DNA of 64,000 nt from Nitrospirota bacterium (GTDB taxonomy: Bacteria > Nitrospirota > JACRHJ01): assembly GCA_963733375.1 (NCBI GenBank), contig CAVTDB010000026.1, positions 64,001 to 128,000 of the forward strand, given 5' to 3'. Position numbers and translations under genes: made by a program. Each line of letters starts with the position of its first letter. Positions within the stretch are counted from its first letter, which is position 1. The notes under the pieces are model-generated. The model saw only the letters and a program-made list of their open reading frames with translations, was not told where the DNA came from and did not search any database. Shown here in pieces: positions 54,763 to 64,000 of this stretch.

Positions 54763-55140
54763 ATGAAAAAATGGAAGGTGGTCATAGGTATTATCGCCGT
54801 ATTCATACTTGGCGCTGTAGCCGGCGGAGTAATCAGTCATGCGGCATGCTGGAACAGGCCGCATTGGGGCGAAATTCATCCGAGGGAACAAGTAGTCAGG
54901 AGGCTCTCACGGAAGCTCCATTTAGACGCGGACCAGAAAGCGCAGGTCGAGGTAATAGTGAACGACGCGCACAACCAGATGCGCGAGATGCGCAGGGAGA
55001 CCCAGCCCAAGATTGATTCGATAATGGGAAATGCACAGCAGAAGATACGTGCAATCCTCCGTCCGGACCAGAAAGCGGAGTTCGAGAAGCTCATAGCCAG
55101 ATGGAAAGCGCAGCGGGAGAAGTTGCAGGAGAAAGATTAG
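54763..55140 (+). CDS. membrane-anchored periplasmic Spy/CpxP/ZraP-like protein
   Basis: N-terminal anchor; LHLDADQ and ILRPDQ resemble LTxxQ motifs. Confidence 0.65.
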   Translation: MKKWKVVIGIIAVFILGAVAGGVISHAACWNRPHWGEIHPREQVVRRLSRKLHLDADQKAQVEVIVNDAHNQMREMRRETQPKIDSIMGNAQQKIRAILRPDQKAEFEKLIARWKAQREKLQEKD

Positions 55141-55178
55141 AGCGAAATTCATCGGGTCAGGAAGGTCCTACAGGGCGG

Positions 55179-56540
55179 ATGAAGACCATTTCGATAAATC
55201 CCTACACGGAAGAAATAGTTGCGGAGTATCGGCATATGACGCCGGATGAGGTGGACGGGGAAGTCAAAAAATCCCGCCGATCTTTTTCGCTATGGTCGAA
55301 TCTTTCGGTTGCCGGGCGGATAGCGTATATCGGGAAGCTTGCTGACAATCTCCGGGCGGATAAGCGAAAATATGCTGAAATCATAACCCGCGAGATGGGG
55401 AAGCCTATCCGGGAATCGGTCGCGGAGATAGAGAAATGCGCCTTAGCCTGCGATTATTACGCCCAGAATGCTGAAAAATTTCTGGAGCCGGAAAAGGTAT
55501 CTGCCGAGGGCAAAAGTTATATCCTTTTCCAGCCGCTCGGCATCGTGCTTGGGATTATGCCGTGGAATTTCCCGTTCTGGCAGGTGTTCCGGTTTGCAAT
55601 CCCCGCGCTCGCCGCAGGGAACGTCGTGCTTCTCAAGCACGCATCTAACGTCCCGGCCTGCGCGCTCGCGATAGAGGAGGCGTTTTTAAAGGCGGGTTTC
55701 CCGGAGAATGTATTCAAAACTTTGATTATAGGCGCGGCAGCCGCCCTTAAGTTAATCGAGGACGACAAGGTGGACGCCGTCTCGCTGACAGGGAGCACGA
55801 AGGCGGGAGAAGAGGTCGCGGCGGCCGCGGGAAGACGTATAAAGAAAGTCGTGCTTGAGCTCGGAGGTTCGGACCCGTTTATCGTCCTGGATGACGCCGA
55901 TATTGCCGCGAGCGCCGGGATGGCTGTAAAAGCCAGGATGGTCAATGCGGGACAGAGCTGTATCGCGGCCAAAAGGTTCATCGTGATGGAGAGTGTGGCG
56001 GACGAATTTAAAAAGTTATTCCTCGCGCGGCTTATGGAACTGAAGGTGGGCGATCCGATGGACGAGACGACGGATATCGGTCCTGTCGCCAAGAGAGAGG
56101 TCCTGGATACGCTGAATGAACAGCTAAGCGACGCCAAGGCGAAAGGAGCGGAAATCCACCGGGCCGGGCATATATTTGACAGGGGGCTGTTTTTCCTTCC
56201 ATGCGCCGTCTTTAATCCGACAAAAGAGATGAGGATACTGACCGAAGAAGTCTTCGGCCCGATAGCCCCGGTCATTACGGTCAAGGATGAGGATGAGGCA
56301 ATCCGGGCCGCGAACGATACCGGGTTCGGTCTCGGTGCGTCGATCTGGAGCAGGGACCCTAAAAGAGCGGACCGGCTCGCCAGGCGGCTTGATGCCGGGT
56401 TTGTCGCGGTAAACGACATGGTAAAGTCAGACCCGAGGCTGCCGTTCGGAGGGATAAAGAAATCGGGCATCGGCAGGGAACTGTCGCATTACGGACTTAA
56501 GGAATTCGTGAATATCAAGACGGTGGCGATAAAGGAATAA
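55179..56540 (+). CDS. NAD(P)-dependent succinate-semialdehyde dehydrogenase-like aldehyde dehydrogenase
   Basis: IMPWNFPFWQ, LELGGSDP, NAGQSCIAAKR, EEVFGP, PFGGIKKSG. Confidence 0.9.
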   Translation: MKTISINPYTEEIVAEYRHMTPDEVDGEVKKSRRSFSLWSNLSVAGRIAYIGKLADNLRADKRKYAEIITREMGKPIRESVAEIEKCALACDYYAQNAEKFLEPEKVSAEGKSYILFQPLGIVLGIMPWNFPFWQVFRFAIPALAAGNVVLLKHASNVPACALAIEEAFLKAGFPENVFKTLIIGAAAALKLIEDDKVDAVSLTGSTKAGEEVAAAAGRRIKKVVLELGGSDPFIVLDDADIAASAGMAVKARMVNAGQSCIAAKRFIVMESVADEFKKLFLARLMELKVGDPMDETTDIGPVAKREVLDTLNEQLSDAKAKGAEIHRAGHIFDRGLFFLPCAVFNPTKEMRILTEEVFGPIAPVITVKDEDEAIRAANDTGFGLGASIWSRDPKRADRLARRLDAGFVAVNDMVKSDPRLPFGGIKKSGIGRELSHYGLKEFVNIKTVAIKE

Positions 56541-56572
56541 AAAAAGGGGCCGCTTTCGCAGCCCCTTTTATT
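56541..56572. terminator. bidirectional terminator
   Basis: aaaaggggccgc-tttc-gcagcccctttt between convergent genes. Confidence 0.75.
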
Positions 56573-56592
56573 TTGTCAGGCCCAGATTGGAC

Positions 56593-56803
56593 TCATGCCG
56601 CTTTTTTGTGATGCGCCATAAAGTCGCTGTATTCCTTCTCCGCTTTAACCTTGTCGTAGCCGTATCTCTTTTGCAGGATCCCAACGAATTTGGTGGCCGA
56701 ACCTTCGATTGCGGTCAGATCGTCATCGGTTAATTTGACCCCATTTCTCCTTAACCGAACCCTTGATCTCCTTCCAGGTCCCTTTAAAGATGTCCTCGTA
56801 CAT
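56593..56803 (-). CDS. CsbD-family stress protein (frameshift ~56740)
   Basis: MYEDIFKGTWKEIKGSVKEKWG then KLTDDDL..LQKRYGY; SD aaggag. Confidence 0.8.
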
Positions 56804-56897
56804 ATGTTACTCCTTACATAAAGGTTCATTTATATCACCACTATATTATTATAATATTTCAGCAGATTACTGTCAAATTATGAAGCGGATAATAGCC

Positions 56898-57999
56898 TTA
56901 TTTTAACCTGACAGGAGCATTCCGGGCGGCGAAGATGTGGTCTGACCAGAAACGTCTTGATGCCAAAAGACTTAGAACTCCATATAGCGATCCGAGACCG
57001 TGACTGATGTGAAGCAGTGCAAAGACCGGGGGCATGGCCAGTAAGAGTTTCGGGTCTTTCCTGTCCCGGCTTATCTTGAAGGAAAAATAAAGGGCGGCTG
57101 AAATATATGAGCATGAAATTGCCGACAGCAGCCAAGCAAAGACCGGGGAAAATATAGAGAGGGATATTGAAGTAATAAGGGAGGTTACAAAAATAAGCGG
57201 GATAAGATGTCTGACGGAAACAGGTTTTACTTTGCTCTCCTTCAAGGGAACTGAAGATGGAAAATCCATTACCGAAATTGTGCAGGAGGAAGGATTTTAT
57301 ATCCGTGCGGGCATAATATTGGCAGACGATATCCGGTGCAAGCAGGATATGCCCGCCGGATGCTCTTAACCTGCAGTTCAACTCCATATCCTGGTGTTTG
57401 ACAAGCTTTTCATTGAAAAGCCCGATCCGATCAAATACCTCTTTTTTATAGCAACCTCCAAACACGGTATCGACGAATACAGGTTCTTTGGTCCCCGACC
57501 TGAACATTGAATTGCCTACGCCAAACTTATGCGATAATGCCTGCGCTATGGCCTTGCCTATAAGCGTATTGTCTCTTGGCACGGTGACCATCACGCCTCC
57601 GACGTTGTCCACGGCATACTTTTCAAGATATTGAACGCATTTAGTAATATAGTCGCTGGCGTAAGTCGCATGCATGCCCATTATTATTATAATTTCGCCG
57701 CGGGCATTTTTAATTCCGAGGTTGAATGCGCAGGGCGTTGTCCTCTTTGTATTCTCAACCATCTTTATAAATTGATATTGGCTGGTATATCCGGCCAGGA
57801 TTTCTCTCGTGCCGTCCTCGCTCATCCCGTCAACTACAAGCACTTCCAGCCTGTCCTTCGGAAAGTCGGAAGAAATTATAGAATCTAAACAGCCTGCAAT
57901 AAATTTTTCTTCGTTCCGGCAGGGCAGGATAACGGTAACGAAGGGGGCGGTGCCGGGCGTTACCGCGGCTCCCTCATCAATAGACCTGTATCTGGTCAA
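56898..57999 (-). CDS. GT2 glycosyltransferase (ExoA-like; frameshift ~57240)
   Basis: VILPCRNEE, VVDGMSEDGT, NVGG, DTVFGGCY; TM C-terminus in the next frame. Confidence 0.88.
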
Positions 58000-58020
58000 T
58001 GTGTCCAGTGGTCACCCCCT

Positions 58021-59031
58021 TTAATTGGCACTGCGGGCGTAAGCCGACAGCATTCCGCGCAACTTCTGTTTTGTTCTGACAATCTTCCGGTAGGCTTCCC
58101 TGCCCAGCCTGGCGGCGCTGTTATAGCTTTTTGCATACCTGTACACAAGCACCTTGCGGGCACCGTATTTCTCCTTATACTTTCCTCCGCCGCACATGTC
58201 CAGTTGGGTCATCCCTCTTTTTGCGAAGATGGTCATCGCCGTCCAGTATAAAAGCTCGTTGGGGTACAGGCCTTGGTATTCCCTATAGGAGGCCGCGCCG
58301 AACAAATAAGCACATCGGTTGTCAAAAGGCAACAGGGCGGACGCTATGACCTTGTCTTCATGCTTTACCCGAAGAACAATTATCGAGCCTGGATGGAGTC
58401 TATTAAACAGGCTCCTTACGCGCCCGACGGGATAAGTCGGGACAAGCTTTTGCTTGGCGAATACGTCGATGAGTTGGGAGTAGTAATCATCGATAGCGGC
58501 GGGGCAGTCGCATGCCTCGACAACAAGGTTGTTGCTTGTCCCCTTGCGGATATTCTGCCTGCACCTCCTCTCGAGGTTCCGCTGCATCTGGTCTTCATCC
58601 GCGCATAAAGGGACGACATAGGTGACCCCCTCCTGAACGCTGTATCCATGGCGGCGCATCAGGTCGGGCGGCATGGACGGGCTGCAAAGCTCGACGTGGT
58701 TGATCTTAATGGCTTTGCAGGTCCAGTCAAGCGCTGTCATGAATTTCTCAAAATCAAATCCTTCGTTCACCACCGGGCCCATGTAATCCGTAGTCCAGCC
58801 TGGCAATGGGCTCCCCAATATCCTCAGCGGGCCTTTCTTAACGACAAGCCCGACAAAGTAACCGATGGTCTGGTGATTTTCGATTATCCTGAACTTAAGT
58901 GTCTTTGCACCCTGGGTCTCTTCGATGAACCTCAGCCAGCCCGATTGATGAAAGAGGCATTTGGTGTCAAAGGCTTCTATCGCCTCATCCCATCCCTCTG
59001 GAGTCACGTCAGTGATGAGTTCAAGTTCCAT
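58021..59031 (-). CDS. FemAB-like GNAT-fold acyltransferase
   Basis: WDEAI..LFHQSGW, PNELLYW, YKEKYGA; SD ggagg before ATG 59031. Confidence 0.75.
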   Translation of the reverse strand: MELELITDVTPEGWDEAIEAFDTKCLFHQSGWLRFIEETQGAKTLKFRIIENHQTIGYFVGLVVKKGPLRILGSPLPGWTTDYMGPVVNEGFDFEKFMTALDWTCKAIKINHVELCSPSMPPDLMRRHGYSVQEGVTYVVPLCADEDQMQRNLERRCRQNIRKGTSNNLVVEACDCPAAIDDYYSQLIDVFAKQKLVPTYPVGRVRSLFNRLHPGSIIVLRVKHEDKVIASALLPFDNRCAYLFGAASYREYQGLYPNELLYWTAMTIFAKRGMTQLDMCGGGKYKEKYGARKVLVYRYAKSYNSAARLGREAYRKIVRTKQKLRGMLSAYARSAN

Positions 59032-59048
59032 TATAGGACCTCCGGATT

Positions 59049-59399
59049 TTACAGCTGTCTGGCAATCTTGTATCCTCCGTCCCCGCACTGCTGGGCCTGC
59101 CAGCCGCACGTTTCCTGAAATTTTCCGGCAATCATGAGATAGTCGGAGCCCACATGTTCCTCGACCTTTGAACACCCCCTGTCCTTCAGGACGTTCGAAC
59201 AGTTGAAGATACAGGCTCGCCTGGCGTTAGCCAGACTGCTGGGATCCCAGGAGAAAAACGGGAGGTGGGGATTGTCCTCCTATTTTAATTGATATCCCTT
59301 TCATTCCTGATTAAGGCTTACAGCGCGCCTTTATATAAGCTCCAGCACCCCGTCAATATCCGCCGAAATCGCCGGCCCTATTATTATGTCTTCTTTCAT
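59049..59399 (-). pseudogene. possible degraded GNAT acetyltransferase remnant
   Basis: MKEDIIIGPAISADIDGVLELI* then stops, then LKDRGCSKVEEHV..KFQETCGW. Confidence 0.4.
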
Positions 59400-59416
59400 G
59401 TTTCCATTCCTTGCGG

Positions 59417-60346
59417 TTAAGCGTGAGACAATTTCGCCAAAAGCCATTTCATCTCCATGCCGACTCTCTCCCGGAATGGCCTGGTTTCCCTTGATTGCTT
59501 GGTTTCAAGATAATCGAGCAGTGTCGAGACGGGGACAAACCAACCGTTGCGCTTCGAGAGCTCCGTCAGCAGCTTTTCTGTTTGCGGGTTTACCTTTCCT
59601 GATTCGACGAATCCGCACGCAAAATGCGTGTACATAATGCAAACCCCGCCCTCCTGTTCGAGTTTGTCCTGGTTCCGGGACGCGATCAGCCGGTTGAAGC
59701 TATTCACTTCCGGGCCATCGCAGGAGGAAAACCAGTATTTGACGAAGGGCCTCTTCGGGTCTTTGTAAGGCATGGTCGGATTAACCCGGAGCAGGTTGAT
59801 TTCCGGGAACACAAGGTTTCTCACATACTTGATCCGGCTCCGACAAATATCTCCCCAGAAATAAGGGGATGATGGGTTATCTCCTTCGAAAACAAGTCGC
59901 TTTCCGGCAAGTTTTTTCATAATCTTATAGATGGCGCCGACAAACGGCAGGTCGAGCCTCTCGCGACCCCAGTAAATGTTTTCACTATTATATGAATGAT
60001 TGGCATGGACCTGCGGATAATAACCCACCAGATCCCTGAAAGTTTCGAGGGCGGATATGGTAGTTTCCCTTCTGCTCGAACAATTCGAGGCGTTGTGGAA
60101 CGCTATTTCGAACCCTTTTTCCTGCAGCCACTTTATAAACCGCGCATACCCCTCATCCGCCAGCGTATCGGAGCCGTAGAAGCGGTCTTTAGTATCACGT
60201 CCGGGAAAAACCCATACGCTCTTGGTCGTCGCCATGCCAAGTCTTGAAAGCAGTTCATAGATCGGCTTGACGTTTTCCACGGTTGCGTGATCCGTATCGT
60301 CGAATATAGTAAAGGCGAACTTTTTACCTTCAGGGAATTCAAGCAT
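59417..60346 (-). CDS. hypothetical protein, polysaccharide-deacetylase-like
   Basis: FAFTIFDDTD, GFEIAFH, MYTHF, WFVPVSTLLDYL resemble CE4-type motifs. Confidence 0.6.
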   Translation of the reverse strand: MLEFPEGKKFAFTIFDDTDHATVENVKPIYELLSRLGMATTKSVWVFPGRDTKDRFYGSDTLADEGYARFIKWLQEKGFEIAFHNASNCSSRRETTISALETFRDLVGYYPQVHANHSYNSENIYWGRERLDLPFVGAIYKIMKKLAGKRLVFEGDNPSSPYFWGDICRSRIKYVRNLVFPEINLLRVNPTMPYKDPKRPFVKYWFSSCDGPEVNSFNRLIASRNQDKLEQEGGVCIMYTHFACGFVESGKVNPQTEKLLTELSKRNGWFVPVSTLLDYLETKQSRETRPFRERVGMEMKWLLAKLSHA

Positions 60347-60359
60347 GGGGCAGCCCCTT

Positions 60360-61502
60360 TTATGAATTTGATAATTTAGCGTCGCCTGTCCTTGCTTTAC
60401 CCAAAATGCGGCTGTAAAGCCCAATCAGCTTACCGGCTTCAATTTCCCAGTTGTACTTTTCCATTACCGCTTTCCTGCCGTTTTCTCCCATACGCCTTGC
60501 GGCCTCCGGGTTGTCGATGAAATACGTTATCTTCCTGGCTATCTCAACGGGATCGGTTGAGTCGACCGTAAGTCCGCAGTCCTCGCGCTCAATTATCCTC
60601 TTCAGGTTGGGGAGGGCCGAACCCAGCACGGGAATGCCGCTGCCCATATACTCAAAAAGCTTGACCGTGCCCTCGCCCGCCAGCATGTAGGCCGGGACAG
60701 GCTGAAGCAATACAAGCCCCAGGTCGCACTCGGGCAGCAGACTCAACACCTCCTGCCATGGCCTATAGCCGCGATAATCTACCCTCTCATACCCCTTCAT
60801 CTCCTCGGCCTTCCGCCTGTCTTCAGGGGATAGCTCGCCCAACAGTATCAGCCTGGCCGGTCTTTCGACATGCTCCATGGCCTCTACCATCTTGAAGAGG
60901 CCCCTGTCGGCTATAATTCCACCCGCATAAACGCATTTGAACTCGCCCCCGGACTTCTTCGTCCTGACCGGGTTAACCGGCCTGCCTGGAAAATTGCTCA
61001 CCATCACGGCCCGTCCCTTGAACTTGGCTTCAATGACCTTGTCTACAACTACCACACCGTTGAAAATCCTGGATGACAGCGTTTCGAAGAAGTCAAAAAC
61101 ATTGGCTATCAGTTTTCTCAATCCCCAGTACCCCGGCTGTCTCGACATAAAATTCTGCTTGTTGTACTCGTGCACGTCGTAGATCACGCGGTTGCCCAGG
61201 AGCTTGAGCAAAAGCCCTGCAGGCAGAAGCTCCGGATCATGGAAATGGTAAACGTCGGCCTTTTCCCGAAGCGAGGCCTTGAAGGCAAGGGGCGCTGTGA
61301 TGAGAGCCCGGCGGAACAGACTTTCAAAACCTGGCACTGCCCTGACTGTTATCCCGTCCAGCACCTCGTCGGCCGTATGCGGCGCGACGAAGACGACTTC
61401 ATAGCCGGCCTTCAAGAGGCTCTTTGCCTCTTTTTCGAACACCCTTCCTTCATAAGGAGGATGTCCCGAAGACAATATGCATACTTTGGCTTTTGCTTTC
61501 AT
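60360..61502 (-). CDS. GT4 glycosyltransferase
   Basis: HFHDPEL, IYDVHE, KLFEYMGSGIPVL. Confidence 0.92.
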   Translation of the reverse strand: MKAKAKVCILSSGHPPYEGRVFEKEAKSLLKAGYEVVFVAPHTADEVLDGITVRAVPGFESLFRRALITAPLAFKASLREKADVYHFHDPELLPAGLLLKLLGNRVIYDVHEYNKQNFMSRQPGYWGLRKLIANVFDFFETLSSRIFNGVVVVDKVIEAKFKGRAVMVSNFPGRPVNPVRTKKSGGEFKCVYAGGIIADRGLFKMVEAMEHVERPARLILLGELSPEDRRKAEEMKGYERVDYRGYRPWQEVLSLLPECDLGLVLLQPVPAYMLAGEGTVKLFEYMGSGIPVLGSALPNLKRIIEREDCGLTVDSTDPVEIARKITYFIDNPEAARRMGENGRKAVMEKYNWEIEAGKLIGLYSRILGKARTGDAKLSNS

Positions 61503-61531
61503 ACTCCCGCTGGATTCCTTTTAAAAGCTCA

Positions 61532-62945
61532 CTATTTTCCGGTTGCCGGGTTTTCGGCACCCTTTACTTCACTAAGCTCTATTTTGCGGTTCAGCGCGTA
61601 TATAATTCCTATCGCAGAAAAAAGCTCTCTATGATCGTTTATGTCGCCCGACTTCAGGGCGTTAAGTAACATGAAGATGAAAATCGACAAGATGGTAACG
61701 GCCGTATAATAGTTCTCACCGATTGCCCTCTTTACCAGGGAGTAGGCCTTGCTGAAACTCCAGTAAAGGAGCAGCAAAAGCGAAGTCAAGCCGAATATAC
61801 CGATTTCAGACCCCACTTCCAGAAGGATGTTGTGGGGATATTCTCCTCTGACGGCGTCGACCCCCTTATAAAAAACCGAGAAACCGCCGGCACCCAGCCC
61901 TGCGATTAAATATTGCGGTGTGGACATCGCATTAAGGGCCGCTTTTGCCATATAAATCCTTTCCATCACCGACGCCCCGCCGCCCACGTCGTTTAATACG
62001 TCCAGCCTGTAAGTCATCCTAGCAAACTCCTGATAGGTATAACCGAAATATCCCACCGCAACCAGGAATACCAGCACAGTCCATATCCTTATCTTGCCGC
62101 GCTCTCTGCGTTTCTGCCTTAACAGGAAGGGGATTGCGACCAGGGTTGCGACCAAGGCGAAAAGCGGACCCCGGGCCCCGGATACCATTAGCCCGTAAAT
62201 GGCTGCCGGACAGATCGCCGCGATGTAAAAAATACGTCTTATAACGGACCGGTCCTTCATGAAAAAATAAAAGAAAACTATAATAAAAGTCGTAGCCATG
62301 GACCGGCCTATCGACAGGTATTGGTCACCAAGAGCGCCTATTGCGACTTCCGAATCGAGGTTAAGCGCTCCGTTTTGTATGATGTCATATAACATTACTC
62401 CGGTTAAGATAATGTATATAATAAGGAAGTTCCTGAATTTTTTCGAGAAATCAGCATCTTCCGATTCTTGAAAAACATAGTACGGGGCAAAAAAGGCGAG
62501 GGTTGTGAGAGAGACAAACCTGGTCAGCTTTTCGGTGCCGTAGACCGGGGCGATGGTATACAGGAGACTGATTCCCGCCAGAAGGGAAAAGACCAGAAAG
62601 GGAAGATACATCCTGGAGGGGGGCGCCGCAAGCTTGATCCGTTTCTGATTTATCCCCCACAATATGCCTACGATAGTCAAAGCGCCGAAAAAAACGGTTG
62701 CGTCCAGATGCGCAAACTGGAGGCGAGGGTCGCCCTTGTAATCGCCCGACGTTCAGGAACAGCGCATATATGACCTCGGGATGCTTTAATGTCAACGCGA
62801 TGAAGAGAACCGCCACGCCAGTCAACAGGCTGAACTTGACTGGAAACTCTGAGGTCAGCACTGCAATCAGTGGGACCATCAGCATCAGAGTTATGAGTGC
62901 CATGGTCCTGAACCCCTGCTCTTGTGAAAGCGCTTTTACATTCAT
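61532..62945 (-). CDS. O-antigen ligase/Wzy-like polymerase (frameshift ~62700-62750)
   Basis: Many TM helices, SGARGP, ERIYM, YPHNILLEVGSEIGIFG. Confidence 0.8.
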
Positions 62946-64000
62946 TGCCTGAAGCTCCATTTCAGGTTCAATCCGTAAGATGGATAATGAAACCTTGATG
63001 GTCAAGAAGCAGAGCAACAACATCCCCAGCATGAAGGACAGGGGAATGCCGGTAAGGGTAAAGTGGCCCGCTTTTACCACAAAGTATGCAACGGCGGAAA
63101 CGAACAGGGCTCTGTAAATGTTGCCTGCATTAACAGCCTTGACATTTGCCGCGTCGATAGAACTCCTGAGCGCTATATACAAAGCGTTCGGCACTGCGGC
63201 CAGTATCGCGAGCCTTACGATGCCGGCCGCTTCATCAAACTGCGGTCCCAGCCAGTAATGCACCAGATATTTTGCAGACAGGTACAATGCGGCCGTCACT
63301 CCAATGGACGTTATGGCCGTATATTTAATTATCCTTTGAAGAATGATCCGCGCCTCGTCATGCTTTCCTTCGGAAAGGATTGTGCTCATCTTCGGCAGCG
63401 TGATAAGGCCTACCGGTTGGAAAATGGCCCCCACCATAGAGACCATGCTTACTCCGAACGCGACGAAGCCCGCCTCCTTTATCCCAAACAGGTTTGCCGT
63501 CAGGAATGCCGGCAGCGCCAGCATGCCTGCCATGCTGATATCACCCGGCACCCGCGCCAGGCCATATCTCAGAAGCTCTTTCGTCGAGGAAATTAAATTT
63601 AGTTTTCCCAGGTGAGGGATGACGACCACTGACTATAGGCAACGAAAAAACAAAGGAGACCAGGAACATGCCAGCCGTGGTTATCTCCAGCGCGGTTTTT
63701 ACCGAACTGGCGATCAGAAGGGCGCCGCCAGCGGCACGATGCCTATGAAAATGCTGATGATATTTGCCGCCACGAATCTTCCGTTGCCCCTGTAAAACGA
63801 GTAAACAAGGGAACTGCACCATATAACTCTCAGCCGAGAAAGGAAAATGATCCGTACATATTCTTCATAGCCCGGCTTGCCGAAAACAGCTCTTCCAATC
63901 AAGCCCGGCATAAGGTTGATGATCGCAAGCACCAAGGCCGAAAAAAGCAGGACGCTCCCGTAGCCCGCGATAATATAAGAAGCCTGTTCTCTGCCATCAC
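62942..64000 (-). CDS. Wzx-like polysaccharide flippase (partial, frameshifted)
   Basis: KELLRYGL, EAGFVAFG, LPKMS, WLGPQF..A motifs; hydrophobic frames continue to the window end. Confidence 0.7.

Overview
GC-rich bacterial chromosome segment, most like a Nitrospirota or deltaproteobacteria-type lineage (inferred from gene content and RNAP features; low confidence). About 1-6.5 kb: PIN/TRAM-ispD-ispF-cysE-cysS-rlmB. About 6.5-8.7 kb: a visibly AT-rich islet with two ~195-bp direct repeats, a promoter-leader-terminator unit and a lone AIPR-family gene. About 8.7-44.3 kb: tRNA cluster (Thr, Tyr, Gly, an inserted TPR-peptidase gene, Thr), tuf, rpmG, tRNA-Trp, secE, nusG and the contiguous rif-str-S10-spc-alpha superoperon. 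About 44.3-51 kb (minus strand): NYN, hypA, hypB, hypF, hisS, phosphoesterase, HD protein. About 51-56.5 kb: GT39/ArnT-like gene, an ECF sigma operon and an aldehyde dehydrogenase. The end of the window holds a minus-strand polysaccharide cluster. More than 20 genes, many essential, carry single-base frameshifts that look like long-read consensus errors, so they are annotated as genes rather than pseudogenes. Best leads: the AIPR islet with its minigene-containing terminated leader and upstream repeats, and a REP-like double-hairpin element repeated in ribosomal-operon spacers.
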